Shown here: positions 54,093-64,000 of the stretch, in pieces
Position numbering within the stretch: the first letter of the stretch is position 1
Layout: each line of letters begins with the position of its first letter
Source of the DNA: Ruditapes philippinarum
Taxonomy: Eukaryota
Direction of reading: 5' to 3'
Assembly: GCF_026571515.1 (NCBI RefSeq)
Contig: NW_026861239.1
Coordinates: 62,001-126,000, forward strand
DNA length: 64,000 nucleotides
Position numbers and translations under genes: made by a program
The notes under the pieces: model-generated
Seen by the model: the letters and a program-made list of their open reading frames with translations, nothing else
The model's database searches: none
Told to the model about the DNA's origin: nothing

Positions 54093-56635
54093 TTAAGAAA
54101 TAACAGACTCCTAACGCAGAGAATACAAATACGTTGAAATGAGCGCGGAGAAGTGTGCTTTTGTGCAGACGACTAGGAATAATGGTTTTTGTTATGAAGA
54201 AAAATTAAGACTTGGAAATTGTTTATCATATTTTCTCCTTCTTTTTCTTTGGACTCAAAGGACTGGCAAATAAAATAATGCCATATTGTATGAATTTCAA
54301 CACATCGGTCAGAGTATATAATATATATCAGAAACTTGTCCCATCTAATAACAAAAAATCGTTAAAATAAGAACACTTATTAGGAAATCAGATTATAAAC
54401 ACCTATAAACAGAACAATTTTTCTCTTAAAACCTCAAATTTTGAATCATCTTTTAAAATGACGTAGATTATAACATTCAACATTTCGAAATCAAAATTAA
54501 AAAAGGACATATCCGCAGTTGATGCTGGAGACAAATGTCAACCAATTACTTTATTAAATAACAAAAACAAAACTATCTTCCATTAAATCAACACATCCTC
54601 CATATATTATTCAGATACACAGCTTTGTTTTCTGAAAATCTATTAAAACAAATATATGTACCAGTTAATTTCTTTGAAAAATTAAGAATTAGTAGTGTTC
54701 TCTCATATCTTTGGTTAAAGTTTAAATCGCAGAGCCATTATAAAAGACCTATGGTGACTTTACTATCTAATTGGTGGGCGTATACTTCAGACATCTTTTG
54801 CGCTTAATGTTTGTCTTAAAAAGACAAAAAGGCATCCAATTTAGTCAAGTCATGTTGTTCAGGTTTGAAAGTATAAGTATTTACAAATTTTACATACAAA
54901 TTACATTTGTGTCCTTAAACATGCATATCTTTTAAAGTCTGATCAAGAATTTAAAAAAATCAAATGAACTAAGATTCACTATCTTATCAGAAATCTTAGC
55001 CTGGTTAAGTCTTTGCTAAACACTATTCAAAATACTCTTTAAGGTGTATTTACTTCCTTACCAACCAAGTAAACTGTTTCAATTATTTCAATCACACCTC
55101 GCACGAAACAGCAGATGTAATAACAAGACATCCTTTAGAAATGCTTCAAGCAAATCATGTAATGCGATAGTGAAGCGAGAAAACGTGCAATATTTGCAAT
55201 ATTTGCAACACGAGTGTTTTCAGCAATTGACTAGTGGCAATATTCATTCAAAATCCATATTGTATCATTTTACTTGCAGTTTCAACATTTTTTTTGTTCT
55301 GTGTTCTGCTGAATGTTTATTTTCAGCTATACAATACAGGTATATACAATAATAACAACAAAAGTTGCACTTTTAAATTATGTTGAATGCGATGATATAC
55401 AGTCCAGTTAATGTGAAAGCTGATTTAAACGCATTCCAAACATATCTTATTCGTACTTCTTAAACCTGGAACATAATTTCGTTTGTCGAGAATGAATTAA
55501 TTGAAACAGGTTAAACAAGCTCTAAGAACGCAATGACCTCACGTAGAGTAAAGAAAATGCGATTTAAAATAATTACATTGGTGCTGTGTTTGGTCCGCTT
55601 ATTTTTCTTTAAAAAAATGAGATAATCTTGTCTTGAATATGAAGGTTACCTTATTTTTTTTATTTCAGATATAAAAATAAAGTTCGACTATACTTAAAAT
55701 GCATTATTCTGTGTGCATGCTTGTTGTTAATGTGGAAAACGAAACAACAAAACAAAAGAAAAATAAATAAATAAATGAATAAACCCAAACACTACAAATA
55801 ACCAATAAAACAAAAATGCAAACTGCTAACGTTCTCACTTATTCAATTAATTGCATTTCTTCAGTAATTCTGTTGTTTCTTCTTCATTTGTATAATTGAA
55901 AATAAAAAAAAATGAAATAGAATTATCGCAGAAGAGGACATCACTACTGTACATTTGGGTTTCTTTGCCCCTTTTTGTAGCACAATTATTCTAACAGCTG
56001 TAATTTTTTAACACTACAGTTCTAGGCATGGACGAATATCATTACATCCGTCTTTCCGTCCTGCACTTATTATTAGGAAGGATTTAAATAAAATCAAAGG
56101 TTCATTCCATCATCAGAGAAGCCATTTACGCGCCTTGTTCGAGAATTAAGATTGTCGTCTGCAAGAATGATTTCTTCTATAAAATGCTTAATTGAATAAC
56201 AAGTAGGAATACCAAATCTCTGACTATATGTAGGTAGATTATTCAACCAACTTGCTGGCGTCAATGAAATAATGTATACTACAACTACAATATATAGTTT
56301 TATTGTTATCATCATTCTTTTTAAATACGAAACATTTATAAAAAATGTGTTTACATCAATGAAACAAATTTAGACCTGATATACATGAAAACTATTGTAT
56401 TTAATGAAAGATAACAAGAATGCGTAAATTTTGCTCAACAACCGTTATTTTTATTCTTAACTAACATGCTGTTTTGCTAACGTAAAACGATCACAGATAT
56501 AACATTACACCGTTATGAATGTAATGTGTCTCTTGAAATAAAGTTCAAGAGCGATCAATAGTAAAACAACCTTAATAACTGATATAAATACTGACATTAC
56601 GACAGTGATCGTAAACATACAATAACTCCCGACAT

Positions 56636-56969
56636 TTAAAGAAATATTATGCTCATATTTGATTCTTCAAATCATTGATAAAATTGCTTTCTCCGTTTAC
56701 TGTAATTATTGTAAAATAATTATGTTTTGATAACACAGAGATATGTCAAATTTAAAACTCTACACACTATAGGTAAAGGCAGCATAAACACAAAGCCTCA
56801 TAAGAAAGGGCCACCCTAACATGACCTGTAATAAGAAAATGTAGCTTCCTATTTATAGTTTGTGCATTTTTTTATTCAAAGTATATATAGTCAGTAAACA
56901 TTTCCTAGATTTCAATAAATTTCTTCTCTAAAATTATTTTGTCCAAAGATAAACATAGTCTATCTCTAA
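56636..56969. mobile_element. TTAA MITE, same family as 50592-53073
   Basis: ttaaagaaatattatgctcat ... ataaacatagtctatctctaa; internal similarity (tttaaaactc.acac..tataggt). Confidence 0.7.
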
Positions 56970-57589
56970 TTAATTTGAATAAATGTTATTTAGATTTGTT
57001 TATAGATCATACTACATTAAAAAGTCAAGAAGGTGTGATTTAACACCAGGAATGTTACATGTATTTATCTCACAGAAAAAAAACTTATTTTAATTAGCTG
57101 TAATCAGTCAACGACAGACTTTAAGTTTGATTGCCATGTATGTGCGGCGACCTTTAAAGTTCACACTAGCTGATCTTATAGAAGAAAAAGATTTATTGTC
57201 CATTTGTTCTGACAATTTGATATGTAAGAATCACAATCTATTAAACGTATTACCTTAATTCTATAACAAAAAGAAGTCATGAGCATACTAATGACACTAA
57301 TTATGCGAAAGGAGTGTCCGTTAGGTTGTTGTTGTCTACGTAATTGTAACCAAACTTTAAACCAAACTACCATGATGAAGTACCAAATGAATAATTCTTT
57401 CCTTTAACATGTCAAAGGCTTAAAAAAAAACGAGCGTGCAGTTGAATAAGTATTTGGAGTTTTGTCATGAACAATTCATGTTATTTCTGTTGATGTCTTA
57501 GATTTAGTTTTTCTGGGATTATACGTCTTTCACAAGAAAAACAAATAGAATTAATGACCTTTTCATCCTCGAAAAAGAACATATATGAT

Positions 57590-57848
57590 TTTTATTTTGT
57601 TAGGTTTTCAACCTGCGCCGAAACAGTGTATGTCATATGGCGAATTCCCAGTTTTACTGGTGGAGGAAGACTTCAGGTGCCCGTTCGTGCCTGAAATAAT
57701 GCATGGAAGAGAAGAACCACCGACGTCCAGTAATATAGATGGATAGCTTCCTCACATGAAAGAATCTAAAGTTTATGTCGAGATTTAAACGGGTAGAAGG
57801 AAGTGGTTCGAAGTCGATGCCTTTAACCACTCGGATACGGGCGTCCCA
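57590..57848 (-). mobile_element. Near full-length tRNA-derived SINE (RUDI/V-like)
   Basis: The minus strand begins with an A-box-like tatccgagtggttaaagg, followed by tcatgtgaggaagctatcc and gtcttcctccacca; same family as 788 and 63662. Confidence 0.8.
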
Positions 57849-57919
57849 CAAACAAAATATAATCAAATATTATTAATTCAATTTTAATATAAATCTATAA
57901 ACATTTAAGATTCCAAATA

Positions 57920-57978
57920 ACAGACGACGGAGAAGTGATCCCTATATGTCGCCACTACTCCGTGGAGGCGACACAAAA
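57920..57978 (+). mobile_element. Terminal fragment of a Helentron-type non-autonomous element
   Basis: cagacgacgg...gtgatccctata-TGTCGCC(13 nt)GGCGACA-caaaaa: GACG-type repeat, terminal hairpin and A-run typical of pearl/HINE ends. Confidence 0.7.
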
Positions 57979-58541
57979 AGTCAAGAAGATGTGATTTAAC
58001 ACCAGGAATGATACATGTATTTATCTTAAAGAAAAAAACTTATTTTAATTATTTCTCAGCTTTCTAGCTGTAATCAGTCAACGACAGACGCCATGTATGT
58101 GCGGCGACCTTTAAAGTTCACACTAGCTGATCCTATAGAAGAAAAAGATTTATTCTGTCCATTTGTTCTGACAATTTGATATGTAAGAATCACAATCATA
58201 TTAAACGTATAACCTTAATTCTATAACAAAAAGAAGTCATGAGCATACTAATGACTCTAATTATGCGAAAGGAGTGTCCGTTAGGTTGTTGTTGTCAACG
58301 TAATTGTAACCAAACTTTAAACCAAACTACCATGTTGAAGTACCAAATGAATTATTCTTTCCTTTTACATGTCAAAGGCTTAAAAAACGAGCGTGCAGTT
58401 GAATAAGTCTTTGGAGTTTTGTCATGAACAATTCATGTTATTTCTGTTGATGTCTTAGATTTATTTTCTGGATTATACGTCTTTTACAAGAAAAACAACA
58501 GAATTAATGACCTTTTCATCCTCGAAAAAGAACATATATTG

Positions 58542-58801
58542 ATTTTTATTTTGTTAGGTTTTACCTTGCGCCAAAACAGTGAATGTCATATGGCGAATTA
58601 CCAGTTTTACTGGTGGAGGAAGACTTCAGGTGCCCGTTCGTGCCTGAAATAATGCATGGAAGAGAAGAACCACCGACGTCCAGTAATTTAGATGGATAGC
58701 TTCCTCACATGAAAGAATCTAAAGTTTCTGTCGAAATTTAACCGGTGAGGAGGAAGTGGTTCGAAGTCGACGCCTTTAACTACTCGGATACGGGCGTCCC
58801 A
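58542..58801 (-). mobile_element. Duplicate of the SINE at 57590-57848
   Basis: Part of tandem duplication 3. Confidence 0.8.
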
Positions 58802-61800
58802 CAAACAAAATATAATCAAATATTATTGATTAAATTTTAATATAAATCTATAAACATTTAAGATTCCAAATATCTTTTTACGATATTATAACAAAGAATA
58901 TTATTTAAATTTAATCAAAATATCATGGGTCCGTATTAATAAGTTCACAATCTTTGATAGGAAATTTTGCAAACCATTTATTTTTTTATGCAACGATATT
59001 CAAAGATCGGAAATATAACTTCTTTAATTTAATATATGTGGCGATTTCAACGGCCTCACACGGCACAAACAACGCTGATGTAACGTTTAACTTAAGAAAA
59101 ACTGAATCCTCCAAGAAAGTTATAAAAAAACGGCAAGATTGACAATATTGCTGTACATACGAAGACTGAATATATCTATAGTTTTACCTATGATATGTTT
59201 TATGTTAGAATTAGAAAACGAAGAAATAAATTTTTTCTAAGGCATGGTATGACTTCGAAGCACTTACATTTCCACTAGGCCCTCAACAAGAAACAAATAA
59301 AGCTCCTTTTTACTGCGTTAACAGCCTTTCTGTTTACTGACCTTGAATTAAATTCTTTAATGTAGTTTTAGGCTAACTCCTTATTATTATGATCATTCTT
59401 GTATTTGATGTGTTTGCTTTAAGATCTGCTAATAAACGTCATAAAATCGCTCAAAGAGTTTTCTTCATATTTGTCGAGACATGACCCATTTACTACTTTA
59501 TCCTACTTCATCGATTATAAGCACCCTTATAATGAAGAAAGCTTTTGAAGATAATAGACTTTTAGAGCAGAGAAGAAAAAGGACGCTGTCAAGAGCTCGC
59601 AGTATATTTTTATATGGCAGACAATGAGTAATTGCTTTTACCGAACAGAAAAAGAAATATCTTGAACACCGTTCATGACATTTGCTCAAAAATAGATCTG
59701 AAAGAATTGTTAAAAATAAAATAAAGATGAAATTTAAGAAGTTTTTTGTTCCATGAGTGTACACGGCTCAGTCGCCAATTGTTTGAATATATTTTTTTTT
59801 AACAATTTAAAGTTGTAACATATTCCAAAACGTATGAAAGCAGCAAATATAATTTTAGTTCTAGTTGAAATATACAGACATATAATAGTTTTCATGTTTT
59901 ACTCATGTTTCTCTAGAGATCATCTTTAAACTTTAACAAAATAAATATGTCATTTTCGAAATATCTCTCTTTAATGCGCATGAAAAGAAAAGGTAACATA
60001 GCGACTATTATTATAGACACCTATGATTTCTCTTATTTCGGATTTTCTTTTCCGATTTTTGTTTAAACGCTTCGATATAAAAGCAGAAGATATTTTTTAT
60101 TGAAGAACTTACCATAGTCAGATTTTTTTAAATTTCACAGCTGACAATTTAAATTACGAGTGCACTCACTACCCACTGTTTCACAGCTACGAGTTTAAAG
60201 TAAGAGATGAAACTTGCTTGTTGTTGTTATTAACAGATTTTGTGCTTAATAAACATTTAATGAATTTAACCTCTCACTGTTAGTTTGACATAACCCAGAA
60301 AAATATGTTTCACGCCTCTTTAGACGTTCAAACCCTTTCACAGTTTATGTGGATAAATTCATCATATGAACTATACTTGAGTAATAAACGTGCAACGGCA
60401 ATCAATTTAAATTGCTTATTATGTTAAAACACAGACCTGATATAAATCGATTAACCTTATTTTCAACAATAAAACTGTAGACATCCTCTAATAGATTTTT
60501 ACGAAAACCACTGGCCAAAACCACTGACTGTCCGTATGAATTCTTCCCTTATCGAGTATTTAAATTAAAAATTAACATCAAGAAAAAAATCTTTACACGA
60601 ATAATAACCATAATACGTATAATCTTATGAAAAGATATTGCTTTTTGATATATAAGATCGAAATGATTTTCTAACAGAAAATAAATATATTTATACTATA
60701 CAATAATTATTTGATTTATTTTTATCATATCTCGGAAGAAAAGAGGAATAAAATAATAAGACGTCTTTCATGCTGCTTAAAGCAAGTCATTCTATGACGT
60801 ATTAATGAGGAAAACGCAGTTATTTCGAACTTTAGAACTCCGATCAAGTAACAACATGTATCGCCCGCAAGGGTATTGTCTTTACAGTTTTTCCCCAAAA
60901 GAAATCAGAGTCATCGCCCAATAATGCATTTAGATAACGTTTTTTTTTTTCAAAAATAATGAAAATTGTGTATACTTAAAACAAGTGCAATTTTCATGGA
61001 ATGTGTGTAATAATTATTTATATCATTTTTTTTATAACATAAATCTAACGTTACCAGCGCTTGTTTTTAAAGATGGGTCTTCATTACACATTTTCGAATC
61101 AAGTACCATTATTGTTAAGTTACATTGAAAAAAAAATAGGTCGCTTACAGAACTGATTAAAGTTGCAATGGTTTACACGCTTCAAATCTTTAGATTTACG
61201 CAAAAACAAACAATAGCATCATGTGACGTGCAAATGAGAGTCATTATTTGATTTGTATTTTTGAAACAGAAAAATATGTGAATGCCACATACTTACCTAA
61301 GTTTAATGTAATAAAAGTATTGTCTAATTGTTTCGTTTTTGCCTAAACTAGAGAAAACCGAATCCCTAAAGAACGCATAAAACGACAAAATGAAAATTGT
61401 TGTAGACTCAGTTTGATTCAGTCTGTTGGACGTTAATGTTTAAATGTGATAAGTATTAACACAAGAACAGTACGTTCAATGTTCATACTTCGTTATGATT
61501 AAATAAGTAAAAATAGTTGTTACCGAAACCGCCAATTTCCCAGAATTAATCAATTTAAAGTACTATAAGAACCGTCGTGGTTTTCTTGTCTTGAAAAAGA
61601 AGCATACAAAGTTTCAATTTTAACTCTTCATTCTAGACAAATTTATCGTATTTGATGAAGCATAAAATTGACAATGACACATTCAATTCCAATGATCGTA
61701 AGCAAGTGTCTCTGTGTAAGAGCTTTGTAATTACAGAGTTGCAATAAAAAGCAAACAGGAAATGTTTTACAGACATGCTTTCTTAAAATAATCAAAGATT

Positions 61801-63661
61801 AAATGGAAATTTCAACTGTTCAAAAAGTTTGATCGTAAGTAATAATTATAATTGTAACATACATCTTAAACAACTTACAAACGCATATTGTAATACAACG
61901 TGAATCTAAGTTCATTACCTTACGTTTTTAACATTCTTAATTTTGAATTAATTTCTGTGCTTATGGGGAACAACTCTCTTGAAAATACAAATAATCTCTG
62001 TTCAATTTTAAGCGAAGCTCCTGATCAAATACCGGAGAGGAATCTTGCCAAGCATATTTTTTATTAGTTTACTCCAGACCTAAACATTTCAAATAGAGAG
62101 AATAAAATAATTGCGATAATTCAGATATAGTTTCAGGCAATTAATTGCACACAGTACAATTAAAGAATATTATTACAAAATCCAAGTTCTCAGGCGACAT
62201 TATGTCTTCATTTGTATTAAAGTATCTGAAACAAAATGTTATTAGATTATAAATTTTCAAATAAGTTAACCAAATAAAAGGATGTATTATATACTCCTCA
62301 GGACTTTGACTTTTGATATGATTAGAAAAAAATATTGATGTATGAAAGAAAAAATCAAAATATAACAGTTAACGTGCCATTTATTTGTAATCAAAATTGT
62401 ACACACAATAAAATTTCATAATAAGAGCCTGTTTTGTTTACATATCTCGTAGACAAACTGACTTATTAGGCAAGAACCGCAACGAATTATTCTGCTTAAA
62501 ACAATATAATAGTAAGGGCTATCAAGCTATTTAGTATATTCTGTTTGCTAGTATTCGGTTACAAATATTTTCAAAGTTATTCAAGTTTAACGTGCCATAT
62601 CTGGGCTTATATAATCTATCTCTCTCCCTTTCTTATTTGCACTTAATAATATTTTTTATCAAACATTTTATCAAACATTGTTCTTATCAATTCCTACCAC
62701 TACATTTCTTCGTTGTCCTGCAAAATAACATTAACACTAGCTTTAAACATGCTTATATTTTGAATTGAAAAAAAGAAAACGTTTAAAGATACACATGCTT
62801 ATAGATAACTAAAGACTGTTTAATGTTTCTAGACTCATAGACCTCATTAGAGTTCCTTTCAATGGTTTTATTACAAATAATGTCATGATTTAACTTATCC
62901 TGAAAACAATAATAACTTTTCAAAGAACTTCAAGCTTTGCCTTCCAAATTGATCACATTGTTAGCGGATAATTTTGGCCTCTATCATATATTAAGCTTTG
63001 TTTGATATTTTGATGTTTGTTATTTCACCTGTTTTGTAAATTGGTCATTTCAGATCTTAATCAGTAATCTTCATCGCATCTTTTTCTTTACTTGCACTGT
63101 CATATAAAAATCAATTCAATATTGGTTGCTATGGCTACAAAAAGTATGGCAAAATCTGTCAATTTTGTATAGGGACACCCTTTTAATTTAATAAGTAAGT
63201 TAGGAATTTTGTGACATTCAAACAGTATGATTTTTTGTTTTGTTTTATTAATTAAAAAAAACGGTTTTGCTAATCATTCCTATTATCCACACGTATATAG
63301 ACATATGTAAATGGTCATCGATGTTTATTTATTTGTTTTCTGTTGTTGAAATGTATCTTTCAAATGCATGTTACATCAATCAAAGCCTGTAACATTTTCA
63401 ATTTTGCTGTTTTGTCTTTCTTTAAGGATTTCGTCCTCTACTTCGTTTGCACTGCAGTCGTGATATACCTACATTATACCTAATTATGTGTTTAAAAGAA
63501 GCCGCTTTCATCTGGCTATTCAAAATGTTTAACAGTCAATTTATTTTTATAGGGCTATCTGTGTAATATACTGCAAATAATTCAATTTCATGTCATTCCT
63601 GAGCTATAAAAAGGTGTGCATATTTGCATACAGGTCTTTATTTCCAATTGATATATTTTGT

Positions 63662-63816
63662 TTGTTTGGGGTTTTACGTCACATCGACACAGTATAGGTC
63701 ATATCGCGACGTTCCAGCTTTACTGGTGGAGGAAGACCTCAGGTGTCCTTCCTTGCATTATTTCAGGCACGAACAGGCACCTGAATAGAACCACCGCTGG
63801 ATAGCTTCCTCACATG
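63662..63816 (-). mobile_element. 5'-truncated SINE with 13-bp TSD
   Basis: TSD tgatatattttgt at 63649-63661 and 63817-63829; body aligns with 788-912. Confidence 0.88.
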
Positions 63817-64000
63817 TGATATATTTTGTACAAATTGATATCTATAATTCGCTTAAACGTCTTTACATAATTTCAAACTTAGAATGTGTTCAATCAAAAA
63901 TTATCTGAAAAAAGGGGAAAAAGAAAAAGAAAAACATTGATCATTTTTTAATTTGGTAGATGAATTAAAGTTAAGAAAGTTTTGATTTGGTTATTTAATC

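Larger units (their letters stand above)
57019..58872 (+). repeat. Recent ~0.9 kb tandem duplication (57019-57919 and 57975-58872)
   Basis: Near-identical copies, both starting aaaaagtcaagaag and ending aagattccaaata, separated by 55 bp. Confidence 0.95.

Noticed and set aside
57780-57848. tRNA-like sequence on the minus strand
   Set aside because: Decayed SINE head; it cannot form a full cloverleaf.
61343-61405. Short match to ~12663-12725, suggesting a third copy of duplication 1
   Set aside because: The similarity does not extend into the flanks; more likely a small dispersed repeat fragment.
62700-63110. Acceptor-like sites and purine-rich minus-strand text suggesting exons of another gene
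   Set aside because: The frames I checked close quickly and no consistent exon chain could be built.

Overview
AT-rich eukaryotic (metazoan) DNA, most likely a bivalve mollusc; this is inferred from the SINE, Helentron-type and TTAA-MITE families present. It contains a 168-N scaffold gap at 20853-21020. The only well-supported gene is a spliced ANKRD63-like ankyrin-repeat gene on the minus strand, with exons 25195-24789 (probable), 23584-~23413, 21446-21269 and 20377-19200. Its second exon is absent from the ORF track and is garbled half-way through. The rest is non-coding: three tandem segmental duplications of different ages (~10 kb offset, old; ~4.2 kb unit; ~0.9 kb unit, recent) and many transposon relics. 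The most interesting items are: (i) a young 2.1 kb element with 47-bp CACAGTA... terminal inverted repeats (TIRs), a 5-bp target-site duplication (TSD) and a spliced zinc-finger ORF, a Transib/RAG-like candidate nested in a MITE; (ii) long fold-back elements sharing an asymmetric CTCG(G)CC-N3/4-GG(C)CTCG core; (iii) several candidate phase-2 alternative first exons upstream of the ANKRD63-like gene; (iv) perfectly conserved islands inside the old duplication. No prokaryote-type systems (CRISPR, operons), rRNA genes or intact tRNA genes were seen. Identity values are by-eye estimates, not computed.
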